This document shows, piece after piece, positions 48,520-63,200 of a stretch of DNA of 64,000 bases. How positions within the stretch are numbered: the stretch's first letter is position 1; every line of letters begins with the position of its first letter. A program made the translations under genes and the position numbers. The notes under the pieces are model-generated. The model saw only the letters and a program-made list of their open reading frames with translations, was not told the origin of the DNA and ran no database searches. Source of the stretch: Malacoraja senta (taxonomy: Eukaryota); the NCBI GenBank assembly GCA_038087875.1, contig CM075986.1, positions 13,206,001 to 13,270,000 on the forward strand, in the 5' to 3' direction.

Positions 48520-50031
48520 ATTCAAAAGATTTCTCCATTATTAAACCCCGGGGTCTCAACTATATTATCAAAAACCTGTTAATTTTGATTAATTTTATGA
48601 ACTAGCATAAATCGAACAGGTAAATACAGCACAGGAGCAGGTCCATAATGCTTGTGCTGAAGGATACAGTGCTGTTAATACTCTTTCCTAAAATAAACAT
48701 CCAGCTCCTAATATATTTAGGCAAAAATGGAAAACGGATCTGCAAGTGGCTCTATCAAACTTGTGAGCCAAGGCAATAACTGGACCACCAGTTACAAATG
48801 ACACAAACGGTATACAGGTTATACACACTCCCTTGAGTTGCAAGGAAATTAATCGTTAATTTGTTATTGAAGCGTTTTCCTATCGATTTCTGACGCAGGG
48901 CACCTTTATCTCTTTCGAAAGAGTATAGCAGCAAGGAGAGGAAGACAAAGGCATATCTCATTTGATTTGTTTAAAAATAAAGTGAAAAGCAATTATGAAG
49001 TACGCTGCCACACTATAAAAAATACATGGGCCAATCTTGCCAAAATTATTATTTTTTTCAGCATAATAAATAACAAGACCTTCAGTTCTAGAACAAGAGA
49101 TAACAATTTTATTTTTGAAAGTTGTGCTCACAGGATAAAGGATGTCAGTTAATGCTGAAACTTACTTGTTTTATTGTATCCTTCAGAAAACATTGACAAC
49201 AGATTAAAATAGAGATCCTAAGATACTGCAAATAATTCTCTTTATTTAATGGTTTTATTAAATCATCTGTGTCCCTCGTGATTTATTCCCCTCTATAATA
49301 TCAACCCTCATATCTTCAATGCTGCAAGGAATAACGTTCTGACTTGCCCATTCTCTCCCCGTAACTGAAGGTGTTTGTCCTTAGCCACATATTTACTCTT
49401 AACATATCTGCAAACTCTTGGGATTTACTTTTACCTTGCCTGCCAGATCCACCTCATGCCCTTTGTTGACCATCTGATTTTTCTTAAGAATAGTGCTACA
49501 ATGCTTATGAGGGATTTACTTGATCCTGATGCACGTCTCCTTTTTCCTGACCAGAGCCTGAATATCTCATCAATCATAGTCCTCTACAATTGCCAGCCTT
49601 GTCCTTCACCCCAACAGGACTACACTGCCCCTAGCTATTGCACTTTTAAAATCATTCCATCTAGCCTCGCTGAGTCCCCCGACCAGTCCACTTCTTGAGT
49701 TTATCTGCCATTCCTGTTAGCCTCTTGCATCAAAATAAATGCAACTTAAACCATTGCCCTTCCCTCTCTCTTTGCCATGTTCCTGAGGGCCAGTCTACTA
49801 AATTTGCTCTCGTTCCCCACAATATTTGTACCCGGAGACAGATATCACCCAAAGCAGTCAACTGAAAATTTTACCAGGATTATGAATGCAGACCTGGATT
49901 GGAACTGGAGTGCTTATTCTTGCAAAGAATGATCCCAAGTAAAGACAAATTGCATTTTTAAAAATTAGTGTCAGATGAACAACAACATGCATAGCTTTCT
50001 CTGCAATGTTTAAGTATTGGTTATCACTTAC

Positions 50032-50067
50032 CTTGGATAATTTTATAATGCTTGCTATGTGCTCTAT
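50032..50067 (-). CDS. PSMD11: PSMD11 coding exon (36 bp)
   Basis: CAG| IEHIASIIKLSK |GTAAGT. Confidence 0.95.
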
Positions 50068-52540
50068 CTGTAAGATAAAGAAATAACATTTTCTCAGGTC
50101 GTCATTCGAAAGACAGGGCGAGGAAAAAACCCCAGTTCGTAGCCATTTCACTAATTAGCACAATTTTATCTGCACAGTATAATCAAGTGTATCTTTTCAA
50201 TGAACATTGATGACATTGCCATACAGTTTTAATAGTCAGCAGATATAATCAAAGACAATTCAAATATTTTAATTGCTAAAAAAAACTTTATTCTTGAGTA
50301 ACACTTCATATGTGAATTTATACACTAGATAGGAAATCCTCCTGCTAATAATCATTTTTATGATGACCAGGTGGGTTCATCTGTCTCTTCACAATTTGGG
50401 CATACCAAAATATTTCCTCTCCAAGCTGTCCAGTCAATAAGAAGTTGCCATTATTAGTACTTAATGCTGATGATATTTAATGGGTGGAACACTTCAGGAT
50501 TTTTATTTTTGTTTTACGTAAATTTATTCATGCAGAAGTAGTAGAATGTTCTATTTTGCATTTAAAAAGCATAAACATTGTTGGGGGGGAGGGGGGTGGT
50601 TGGCCTTTACTGAACATATATTTCAATAGAATAGCAATATCTTGCCCAAATTATATATGGTACTTCAGAGACCACAATCTGACATACGACATACATATCA
50701 AGTCTCCCTACCCGAGAACAAAACAATTAGCAATTAGGTGCAGCAAGAGTTCACCAGACTCATTTTTGGAATGGAATGGTATTAAGATATTAAGGTAGAG
50801 GTTATCTCACTAAAGTGTACACAATATTTATGACCTGAAGAATTGAAGGTCCTAACCTGAAATGTCACCTATCCATGTTTTCTAGAGATGATGGCAGACC
50901 CACTGAGTTACTCCAGTATGGCATTTGACATTTCATTCAATAGGATGTCTAGAGCTAGGGGGTTCTAGTCTAAAGATAAAGGTTGTATATTCAGGACAAA
51001 AATCAGAAGAAATTTCTTCATCAAGAAGGTGGTTAACTATGAAATTCTCATCCCATGAGGGCTATGGACGCTCAGCTTAAGACTATACTTAAGACAAAGA
51101 TCAACAGCTTTTATTAAGATATTAAGCAAACAATAAGTTTGTCCAAGAAAATAATGTCAAGGTAAAAGATTAGCCATGATTTAAATGAATGACAAAGCAG
51201 GCCGTCTCCTATTTCTACTACTTATGCTCTTATTCAAGTCACTACCTCAAATTGCTGAAAGAATTTCAAAAATTGGCAGTCGAGTTGCAGGCAGACAGGC
51301 AAAATTACCTACTGCGAAAACTTACATCAGTCACTGGACATACTTGTTCCCAGGATGGTGGGAAAACTTAATCTACCAAAATATCCTGTAAATTTCCAAA
51401 GAGATCAACATGATTCCAAATTGTGTCTGTGGAGTTTTTAATCTGAGTAATTAATGAACAATTTGTTAGATCCCTTGGTACACTGCAGTTTATTGGTCCA
51501 AGCCAAGGCATGATTGGTTTGGCTTGTGAAATCTGTTGTGGAAATAGGGAGGCATAAGGTCTGGAATTTATTGGGCAGAGTGCATATGCTGGGAAAGGCT
51601 AAGAGGCTGGCCAGAGACCATGGGAGTGGGAGTAAATTAGATGATCCAGCCCCATGCACTGGAGACCAGAGATGTAAACAGTGCTATGAGCAACTAACTC
51701 AAAACAAGACCCGGGCAGGCAAAACCAAACTGGCACACAAAAATGGTACTTGTGACTATATAGTATATGTGATGCCGTGCTGGCACAAGCAGAAAATTTA
51801 GCATTTAGTTTGTGAAGAACAAAATCTCTGCTGCCAAAGAGAAGATTGCTGAAATCTATGGAATAAGTGGAATACTTCCTCTCGTACCAATATAAGTTTC
51901 ATATTTTAAGACAATGTAAAGGCCTAGGTAAAAGATTTACTATGGAAATAATTGCCTCACAACACATTTGTTCTTGGGTATGATGCAATCAAATTATTTT
52001 GCAAATTAGCTGATGCCCAACGGACTGATGGAAAACAAAAAGTCCTTATAACGGAAAGGTTTAACAAGTGGTTGCAAAACTTTAATTGGCAGAAAAGATT
52101 GACAGTAGGAGATCTAAACAAAATACCACCTTTGATATATACTTACACACCACATACACTATTAATAGTTAGTCTTACATCATAGAAACAGGCCCTTCGG
52201 CCCACCACGTCCATGGCAACCGTGTACTATTATAATCCCATTTTACCCAAATTTATAATGAAGTGTCTTTGAAGTTGAGAACATACAACTGTCTTAATGA
52301 AAAAACGGACACAACCCCTCGGTACTTTCGCTACTCGTTACAAACCAAACACTATATTTTTAAGTTTTCAATATCAGTCCACTGCAAAATAAACCATAAA
52401 TATCAACTTGTGCAACACTGACGAGTCAATATTGCAGTGCCTCAAAAGAGAATTAAAATTGATTTCAGGAGGGATTCTAAACCTGATATGCACACAATAC
52501 TATGGAATCTGTATTTCATTCACACTTCTTACACCTCTAC

Positions 52541-52666
52541 CTGAACTCTGGAGAAAGGCTCAATCACTCTGATAAGATTCTGCTCCAGTAAGTTATCATA
52601 TAGTTTTGCCAAATGCGTGGTTATAATTGGATCATCTCGCAGTTCTGCTTGGAAATCTGTTAAAGC
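52541..52666 (-). CDS. PSMD11: PSMD11 coding exon (126 bp)
   Basis: CAG| [42 protein letters not shown] |GTAGAG. Confidence 0.97.
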
Positions 52667-53529
52667 CTGCAAATCAAAAAGATACTTAGTAGTCATAGTC
52701 AGTACACGCCAAGAACTGTCAAATTAACATTCACAACTCTCAAGCAAATTTGAAGTTCCTACTTTTCTTTTGCAAGATAGCATTTAAAGAATGGATGACA
52801 AAATCCTTTAAGTTAGAACAAAACATTTTCTTTTTACCCTATTATTTTACAGATGCTTCTTATCTGTGGGGAAAGAGTCATTATTGTGTAGTTTGGATGG
52901 ATATTCTCTACATCGCGAATGCTTCAAAGCATGTGTGGATCTAGTGAATCCACACATGCTCTTTGCCCATATTTAAATGCAAAACCATTTGACATATTTA
53001 CCCAATCCCACCACAGTACACACATTTCCAACCCACAACCACCGGATGATGGGACAATCAACTGATTAATGAAAGCAGTAATATTTTAAACAAAATATGA
53101 CATATTTCACATTGTGATTGAAAAAAAGAACCAAAAATGAAAGAAGAATTTTACAAGGAAAACATTGGTGTTCATGGTCACAAATGTACTGCCAGGGGTA
53201 GAAGTGCAGGCAAATTTAATTGTAGCATTTGGTAAGGCAGTGACAAGTATCAAAATGTGAAAATATGCAGGGCTATGACTTAAGGGTGGGGGAATGGAGA
53301 CTGGTCTTGCATATTATTGGTATGTTAATGATCACAGAATGACTTTTATTGATCATCTCAGAGACCATGTAGTAGATAAACCTTCTGCACTCTGTCCAAA
53401 CCATCACTACCATAGAATGGTATTCAGCTGCGGTCAAACTAGTGATTAGTACATGTCTATTGCAAGTTTCTGCACTTTGTAATCCACCTCTCCATTTTTA
53501 GGAACTGCATTTTAGTTCATCCTATCCTG

Positions 53530-53990
53530 TGTTATTGTGAGTAGTTTTGGGCCCCATATTTGAGGAAAGATGTGCTAAGGAGTGTTTGATGGCCCTGTGC
53601 CTGTACTTGCTGGAGTTTAGAAGGTTGAGGGCGATCTCATTGAAACCTACCAAATAATGAAAGGATAGAGTAGATGCAAAGAGGATGTCTAGGACCAGAG
53701 GGCACAGCCTCAGAATAAAAGGGCGTACCTTTAAAAAGGAGATGAGGAGGAATTTCTTTGGTGACGAAGGGTGGTGAATCTGTGGAATTCATTGCCACAG
53801 ACAGTGGGGGCCAAGCCATTGCTTATTTTTAAAACAGAGATTTAAAGATTCTTGATTAGTAAGGGTGTCAAAAGTTTACAGGGAGAAGGCAGGAGAATAG
53901 GATCAAGGTGGAAAAATTGTTCAGCCATGAACGAATGGTGGAGCAGACTCGATGGGCTGAACGGTTAAATCTGTTCCTATGTCTTATGGT
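53530..53990 (+). mobile_element. CR1 LINE 3' fragment
   Basis: gctggagtttagaaggttgagg.cgatctcattgaaac..gtggtgaatctgtggaattcattgccacag. Confidence 0.8.
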
Positions 53991-54044
53991 TAATACTGAT
54001 AGTGTAATATCTTTTTACCCATATATATCTTTTAGTCAGCTTAC

Positions 54045-54107
54045 CTTTTCAAAATCAGCCAGTGACCGATTTTTGCTTGCTCGAGCTACACATTTTAGTG
54101 AATCAGT
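54045..54107 (-). CDS. PSMD11: PSMD11 coding exon (63 bp)
   Basis: CAG| TDSLKCVARASKNRSLADFEK |GTAAGC. Confidence 0.97.
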
Positions 54108-54777
54108 CTGAAAATAAATTAAAAGATAATCATTAGTCAAAGCAAAATAAATAAAATATGGGGATATAAAAAACTATATTTTATGACCATCCATGTGCAT
54201 TTTTATACAAAATACTAACTATATCAAGCTTGTTCTGCATCTAAACTGTGTTTGAAGACCAAGAACGTACTCTTTCTCTGTTCAATATCCCGAATATTCA
54301 ATCTACACATTGGCATCATTTTACTCTTTCTTGTCGTTATTTGTTAATTGAGAAACCATTCAAACTTTTGAAAATCAAGTTGTGTAAATTGTTTCTCAGT
54401 CTCCAATTACATCTAAATAGTTAAACATGCTTTATGCTGGAAAAGGAAATAGCCAGAAAACAGTTCATTTTTAAAGGCAGCTAACTAACCTATGAATAAT
54501 TTGATCATTTTACTTCATATTCAACACCCCTAACATGCTGAAACCCATAAAATTAGTCGGACAAGCCACCTAGCAAATATTTGTAGAGCATGCAAATATA
54601 ATAAGCCATGGATACCCATTAAAGTTGATCCTCAAATATTCTAACCATTTTTTCCCGGCTCATTGGAAACGGAGACAGGATACTAATGTATGTGAGAAAC
54701 ACACAAAATCTACACAGAGAATCCATCCTTTCCTCTCATTCACTGCCTTGAATTAAACCAAATAATAATTATATTAC

Positions 54778-54838
54778 CTGTCGTCCAGCATATCGGAGAG
54801 CAAGCTTCCCACTCACTAATGTATGCACATCCTCTGGC
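54778..54838 (-). CDS. PSMD11: PSMD11 coding exon (61 bp)
   Basis: CAG| (T)PEDVHTLVSGKLALRYAGRQ |GTAATA. Confidence 0.97.
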
Positions 54839-55186
54839 CTGAAAGGAAAACAAATGTACTTATTATAAACTGCCTTGTAATTTATCCCATTACAACACTC
54901 AAACGAATACGCAAGTCCCACAATAAAACTCTCCATCGTTTCTGCAGATTCTTATGCAATTTATTTTAATTAAATGTGATCAAACACACGTTTTCTTCAT
55001 AACCTTGAATATTTCTGTGGAAAGAAAGTCCACAGCTGAAGTTTGTAGATCTATTCAAGATCACAAAATTTGTTTGAATCATAGATGATTAAAATTAATT
55101 GAACAAGAATATGCACCTCCTAGACAAAAATTAATCACTAAAATTATCCTCCAAGTCAGTTTTTCTCTCCTCGAGGCATTTTGAGT

Positions 55187-55480
55187 TTAGAGATACAGCA
55201 TGGAAACGGGCCCTTCGACCCACCGAGTCCACACCGGCCTGCCATCACCCATACACTAGTTCTATCCTACACACTAGGGACAATTTCCAGAAGCCAACCT
55301 ACAAACTTGCACATCTTTGGAATGTGGGGGGGAACTGGAGCATACGGAGGAAACCCAGAGTCATAGGGAGGACATGCAAATTCCGTACAAACAGCTTCTG
55401 TAGTCAGGATCGAACGTGAGTCTCTGGCGCTGTAAGGTAGCAATTCTACCACTGCTCCACTGTATCGACACTGCGCCTCC
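55187..55480 (-). mobile_element. tRNA-derived SINE
   Basis: Reverse complement of the 3485/4098 SINE; shows the uninterrupted CCTTACAGCGCCAGAGAC site. Confidence 0.85.
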
Positions 55481-55947
55481 CCTATTTTCCCAACAAAGTT
55501 TTAGATTTTTAAATATGGAATTTGGTCCTACCTGTGATTTGGGTATAATAAAATCGGATATATTCATTAATTAGGTTGCCATTAATTTGATCAACTTTCT
55601 TCTTTCATAATACTATAACACCATTAAGTATCATGGTGCTTTTAATGGAGTGGCTTCAGCTATGGCATTTGCTGCAAATGAACATGCCTAATAACAAAAT
55701 GGTTAGGACTTATGGCCACTTCAAAGAGAATGGATTAGAATTAAATTACAGAAATTGTTTTTTTTTTTAATCACAAGAGATCATATTTTATACATTCAAC
55801 TTAAGACATCAACCTGTTAGGGTTTGAGCCTAACTAAGCCCATAGCTACCTTATTAAAAAGAGACCATTAAAATTCAATTGACAGTATTGTTCTCCAAGA
55901 TACATTACTACTTCTGCACAATCAACGGAGCAGACCGTTCAAACTTA

Positions 55948-56115
<168 letters not shown>

Positions 56116-57229
56116 TTAAAGGAAAATTTTAAAAAGGTAATTTTAAGTCATAATTATTTTCTTGGCAGGATCGACACATTTCCTATCGTTCAAATATGTA
56201 CAAAAGGAATAGGCGTAGGGAACCCTAACCAGAATTACTCCAAGTTGTAACAAATTTAACCAAATTCGAAATCAATCATGATCACTCAAATTGCTTCATG
56301 ACTTATCTGGCTAACAATGAACAGGTGAGCCAAACATTTAATACTTTATTTCTAAAATTGCTGCGGTTATGAGGTCTCAGCTAGCACAGCAATTCTAAAC
56401 AGTGAAAAATATGAAGAACAAATGGATGCAGTTGATAGTTCTTAATGTATTTGGTTTCCAAACCCCAACTACAGCTGCAAAGGGGGCAGTAGATAAGGTT
56501 CACAGGTAAAGGTCAAGTAGTTGGCGAGATACAAGTAATTCCCCCCTTCGCCCATGAACTGCAAAGGTTCACCAGCTTCAGAAAGTGGAAAGAAAGCATG
56601 CAGGCACAAAATGTTGAAAATGGTGATGCGGCAATCTAAAATTTACTTTCAACATCAGGCCAAATTAAAAATTTATAAACAGGTGTAAAATGCAAGTCTC
56701 TAATGTTGTTTCATCTACATGGAAGTACCAACATCATTTTAATATAATTACTTTCACTGATGCCTTGGCACTTATCTGATGTCCTTTATATCTTCAGAGC
56801 ATCTCAAAAACATTTTAGCACATTATGCACTTCTACCAAATGATCATTATGTATTGAAACGAGGCAACCAATTTTTCTACAGCAAAGTCCCAAAAGCAGT
56901 AGATTGATGACCTTTGGCTATTTAGGTTATTAATTTTGATTTGTAGGGAAAACTTAAATCAGAACAAAGAAAAACTTTAATGCGCTTCTCTGCTTGGTGG
57001 TTTAGAATTATTGACATCTAACCAAGGAAGACATGTCCTGGGTTTAGGGTCTCATCAACAGCATCTGATAGTTCAGCCAGTATTCCTTAGTATTAAATTG
57101 TGTCAGTTTAGATTTTGTCCTCCAGTCTCTGGAATCAAATCCAAACGTGTGCCCTGACTCAAGAGACTAATATTCAGAAGCAATGCATAAAAATCTACTG
57201 CAGCTTACTCCAGTTCTCTCAGTTGCCTT

Positions 57230-57737
57230 ATTAGAAAGTAGAATACAGAACGGTACATCACAGGAGTAGGTCCTTCAGCCCATAATGTCTCTGCTGAACA
57301 TGATGCAAAGCACACATCTTGTCTGACTGCACATAATCCATATCCCTCCACTCCCATGTGTTTGTCCACGATTCTTTTAAATACCACTACCATATCAGCC
57401 TCCACCAGCAAACCCTGCAGTGTGTTCCAGACACTCACCACTATGTGTGTAAATAAACCTGCCCCGCACATCTCCTCTAAACTCTGCCCCTCACACCTCA
57501 AACTATTTGATTTTTCCACCTGGGGGAAAAGGTTGCGTCTCCCCTATCAATGCCTCTCATCATTTTACAAACTTTTATCAGGTCACCCCCAAACCTCTGG
57601 AGCATTTGAGAAAACAATCCAAGTTTATCCAACCTCTCCTTGTAGGTCATACCCTCTAATCCAGGCATCATTCTGTTAAACCTCTTCTGCACCCCTTCCA
57701 TAGCCTTAATATCCTTCCTGTATTAGGGCGTCCAGAA
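57230..57737 (-). mobile_element. CR1 LINE 3' fragment, interrupted by the Penelope element
   Basis: ORF 57498..57701 EGVQKRFNRMMPGLEGMTYKERLDKLGLFS; CR1-like sequence appears to resume after 58626. Confidence 0.85.
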
Positions 57738-58626
57738 TTCCCCTCCTCCACCATAGATGAGGCTCGCACCAGGGTCTCTTCCATACCCCGCAACACTGCT
57801 CTCTCTCCCCATCCCCCCAATCACAAGGGCAGAGTCCCCCTAGTCCTCACCTTTCACCCCACCAGCCGTCACATACAACAAGTAATCCTCCGTCAGTTTC
57901 GCCACTTCCAACGTGACCCCACCACTCGCCACATCTTCCCATATCCCCCATGTCTGCCTTCCGCAAAGACCGCTCCCTCCGTAACTCCCTTGTCAATTCT
58001 TCCCTTCCCTCCCATACTACCCCCTCCCCGGGCACTTTCCCTTGCAACCGCAAGAGATGCTACACTTGTCCCTTTACCTCCCCCCTCGACTCTTCAAGGA
58101 CCTAAGCAGTCGTTCCAGGTGCGACAGAGGTTCACCTGCATCTCCTCCAACCTCATCTATTGCATCCGCTGCTCTAGATGTCAGCTGATCTACATCGGTG
58201 AGACCAAGCGGAGGCTTGGCGATCATTTCGCCGAACACCTCCGCTCGGTCCTCAAAAAACAACCTGACCTCCCGGTGGCTCAGCACTTCAACTCCCCCTC
58301 CCATTCCGTATCCGACCTCTCTGTCCTGGGTCTCCTCCATGGCCAGAACGAGCAACACTGGAAATTGGAGGAACAGCACCTCATAGGTGGGGAGTCTGCA
58401 TCCTGGGGGCATGAACATTGAATTCTCCCTATTTTGTTAGCCCCTGCTGTCTCCTCCCCATCCCTCCCTCAGCCCTCAGGCTCCTCCTCCTCCTTTTTCC
58501 TTTTTTCTCCCCGCCCCCCACCCTCCATCAGTCTGAAGAAGGGTTTCAGCCCGAAACGTTGCCTATTTCCTTCGCTCCATAGATGCTGCTGCACCCGCTG
58601 AGTTTCTCCAGCATTTTTGTGTACCT
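57738..58626 (+). mobile_element. Penelope-like element 3' part: Cys linker, GIY-YIG endonuclease (frameshifted), terminal repeat with hammerhead
   Basis: RVPLVLTFHP, PCNRKRCYTC, FTCISSNLIYCIRCSRCQLIYIGETKRRL..HF.EH, VAQHFN, GMNIEFS; then CTGAAGA-A-GGGTTTCAGCCC-GAAACGTT at 58533-58560. Confidence 0.9.
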
Positions 58627-58730
58627 GCAGTAATCCAAAGGCAGCCAAACTAAAATCCTATAAAGCTGCTCACTCACACTTAATATATTTACATTTGTTT
58701 ATTTAGAACTTGAAAATAATCTTATTCTCA

Positions 58731-58979
<249 letters not shown>

Positions 58980-60650
58980 TTAGAATTTTGGTTTTAAAAA
59001 AAGAGCTCCAAAAACGTATGCTGAACTTTCTTGATGGTCAGCTAATCCACTTAAGAATCATTACCACCGATTTCTATTCTGCTTAACATGCACAGGATAT
59101 ACCAGTTTCAATGGGTATTAATCCTGGAGATGATTACATTAAGGTTTCTTTTATTAGAAATACTAGTTCAGATAGATTTATTGTAAAATTATTTCCTAGT
59201 CACCTGCCCAAATTTCACAAATGTATTACCTTCTATAGCAGGGTGATCAAAAGAGGGAAGGACATTAACAACTCGTGGTTACTTGCACCAATTACTGGGG
59301 AAAATGGTCAGCCGTACTTCATGTGGGAAGAGGAAGAAACTGAGCCTTTTTTTGGAAAAAGTGTTGTGGTTTCTAAAGAATGACCAAAGAAAATACTTAA
59401 ATATATCTGACCACAAGGTTCCAATCTTCCTTATTTTTCAATTGTTACATTCGTCAAATGGGGTGAATGGATAGCACCCAAAGATCAGACTCAAGCACAA
59501 AAAAAATAAGCCGACATCAGTGCACTGTACTCTTTCATTTGAGAAGCTAAATGAAAATTCCGAAAACTCTTGCAGGTAAACCAAAGAGATCCCAAAACAT
59601 TATGTTAAAAGTACAGCAGAGGAGTTATTATTCCCAGTATGGTGGCCAAATTTATCCAAACAACATTTGTCACCATCACATTGCTGTTTATGGATCCTTG
59701 TTGTTTGCACACAGACTTCCGTACATTCAACCACATTAACTACAAAAGGCTTGAGTGGCTAAAAGGCCCACATGACATCCAAAAACGATAAAAGCCACAA
59801 CACCAATACTGGAATTTTTTTGCCTGATTTAAAAAAAAACTTGTTGAGCTGGTAGATTGAAATAAATAGAGATTTTTCAGCAACGACGGGTCAGCTTTTC
59901 AAAAATGTCAGGTTCAAAATTAAAGAGATCACAAAGGAAAAAAGCTAAAATAAACAAGTAACAATGTAATAAAAAGTCAATCCTCTGCATCAATCCTATT
60001 AACAAGAAACCATGAAGGATTACTGAATTTAAAAGTAAATCAATAGATAGTACACTTGATAGTTTGCTACATGGTTTACTGTATCTGAAGATGCTAAAGG
60101 TGTTCAATTCCTGGACTAAATTGGCAAGTTAAATGAATGCTAAACTAAAACTAAACTAAGTCACTACACATAACTTAATAAACTCTTGAATTTAGTGTTA
60201 TGAATTTACAGATTTTCAAACTGACTAATGGTTCAACAGACTAAGTGAGGAAAGTTAATCAAAGTAGTACAAATATATTATAATATTTGGCAGGAGGAGA
60301 TGAAAATAGACCATTCAGTATTTCAAGATGTTCTGGCATTCTTGTAAATCATGAACACCCAGATCTCCATTTATTGTACTTTTATTCAACATTTCATTGC
60401 TCAACACTAAATTAAGCAAAATACATTAAAGTTCTCAAAGAACAAGCATCGACTCATACGGTGGCATTTTCTACATTTCCATCATACCCTACATAAATAT
60501 GCAATTAGATATAATATAACAAGAAAACTGCCAAGCTGGAGGACTGAGACAAGTATGGAAACAGGGCCGATAAGTCATTTGGAATGACACCTTTTGAATC
60601 TTTCATAATCACCATTTAAATCAACACAAAACCAAATGTTGATACCCAGA

Positions 60651-60880
60651 CTAGACACAAAGTGCTGAAGTAACTTAGCAGGTCAAGCAGCATCTCTGGA
60701 GAAAAAGAATGGGTGATGGTTCGGGTCAGAACCCTTCTTCACACTACTTGAGTCTGAAGAATGGTTCCAACCCGAAACATCACCCGTCATTTTTCTCCAG
60801 AGATGCTGCCTGACCCACTGGGTTACTCGAACATTTTGTGTCTGTCTTCAGTACAAAACAGCATCTGCAGTTACTTTCTA
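60651..60880. repeat. Fold-back PLE-terminus repeat with two divergent hammerhead-like cores
   Basis: gggtgatggttcgggtcagaacccttcttcacact-acttg-agtctgaagaatggttccaacccgaaacatcaccc; ~95-bp imperfect arms. Confidence 0.8.
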
Positions 60881-63024
60881 CACATCACACTCTACCAAGA
60901 CTTTCAGGCTGAGATCTACAATGCAATCAAGAACAAAAGATCTGTACAATAAGCAGATTATTCATAGTATGATAATTCTATGACATTGTATCACTGGATT
61001 GTCAGTCAAGGTGTGTCATGTTCTATTCTCCAATTTCACATTTTTTGAATATGCAAGCCTCTCCCGTTATTATGTGGGGCACAGGAGGAATTGTAAAATA
61101 TATATCCAACAGCAATTACTTTAATTCTTGAAGTTTATGAATGGCATAATCAACTTCTAATCCACCATAAATGTTATTACCCAATATCCACACACCTACT
61201 ACGGCAAAAACAATTAATTCAGTAGACATGACACCTGTCCAATTTATCTTTTAGAACACAAGGACACCAAGGACAGTTGTATTTTCCAAAATATAACTTC
61301 AAAATTGTGAGATAAATCTTGTGGTTCCTCCAGACCATATTTCCACAGTCACTGATTAAATCTACTGATTAAAATACTGAGGAACTTGAAATATTTCTAT
61401 TTAGATAAAAATAATTTGCTGTTCCAAAGGCATGCTTATTAGACTTCAGTCTGTGCTGCCCTAGGTATTGCAGCGAGAAAGTGGGGGGGGGGGGGGAAAT
61501 ACACCTGATCAATAGCTAGCCACCTTTTTCTCACGATGAAGACTCCAACAGGACTTTATACCTCTAACATAACAGCACATATTTCAAGATACGAGGGAAA
61601 CAAGAACACATTTATGCAGCTCAAATTATACAGCAAGCTGCAAGCTTCAACATTCTGACCTTAGCAGAGAAAAGAAAATTATTCTGAACTATTTAGCAAA
61701 GACCAATTGGTTGCAGAACACAGTTTAGTTGAAAATAATTGCACAAAGGAAGATGCACAAAACTCGAAGCAGCTCCATTATTTACTGGCAACAACTTGTA
61801 TTTATACGACACCTTTAATGCAGCAAATTTACCCAGGCATACCCGAACAGAATTTGACAAGTTACTTCAAGGGTTATGGAAATGATTCAAGAGTTTAATC
61901 AAATAATTGGATTCTAAGCAGCAGTTTAGAGAAAAGTGGAGAAATCTGACGTAAAACACGTTATTAAGAAACAAATTAAAAGAATAAATGATCAAAACCA
62001 GAATTAGCAGGGAACAGATTTGTGATTAGCTAATAGGACTGGAAGAGATTATAGAGCTGAATGGAAGATGGCATGAAGATTAGAATTTCTAAGGTGAGGC
62101 AGTTCAACATGGAGTCACGGTAGGTCATCAATTCTAAGACAAATGGATCAATGGGATACATGGAAACAAGTAGTAGAGTTTTAGAAGAACTCAATACTAA
62201 AGTTAGATTGGGGACGATTACCAGGAACAAGCACATCTAAAAGGTCACAACTGTTTGGGACATGAAAATAGCAATGGAGCAGGTTTGCGGGTTGAAATTT
62301 AATTCAGAGTCTGATATTCACCAGGATTTTGGATTTTAGGACTTCAGTTGTAAGGAGACTGGATAGACTGGGTTTGTTTTCCCTGAAGCAAAGCAGGCTG
62401 TGGGTGACCAGATAGATATAAAAGTATGAAAGGATTAGCTGGGGTAAATAAAATCTTTTTCCTGTGACAGGGGTGTTAAAAAAGAGGGAATATATTTAAG
62501 GTGAAAGGGAGGAGATTTAAAGCATAAAGGGAAAGGAAAAATAAAAAAATAAACAGAGAGCAATTGATATCTAGAATGTGCTGCAGGAGGAGGAGGCAGA
62601 TCCAATTAGAATGTTTACAAGGCATTGAGACAGGCAAGAAAAAGTTTGGTTAAGTGTCAGACACATACCAGGTAAAGAAATTAAGTTGGTGGCCAGGGCA
62701 TTGAGTGTATGACATTAACCAAAAATAGTTTGGATCCTTCCAAGTCTAGTGAAAATCTCTGTTAATCTAATATTGGATGCCAGACAAACACTGACAGTGT
62801 AGAGAAAATGGAGAGATTGAGAGAGGTAGCTAAGGAGTACCAAATGCATGGAAAATATGGGTTTAGATAATCTTGTTGAGAATTGGCATGTAGATGACAA
62901 ACATTTAACATCGGAACAAAATTGTTCAATATGTGGGTACAAAGAAATTAAAATGTGGTATTAAAAATGTATGAGGAACAGTGGACAAATGCAAATATAC
63001 TGTAATTGCAGAAATGGAAATAAA

Positions 63025-63200
63025 AACAGCAAATGTTGAAAATACTCAAAAAGTCAGGAAGCATTTAGAAGGATAACAGTTAGTTTCTTTTCAATGCTCT
63101 TTCATTAGAATGTTCTGATGAAAAGTAATTGCCCTGAAACATTAACTATTTTCTCCCCATGGATGTGCCCGACTTGCTGCGCATTTTCAGTATTCACTGA
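63025..63200. repeat. Ancient fold-back PLE-terminus repeat
   Basis: ttcattagaa-tg-ttCTGATGAa..GAAAcatt..; highly diverged arms. Confidence 0.5.
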
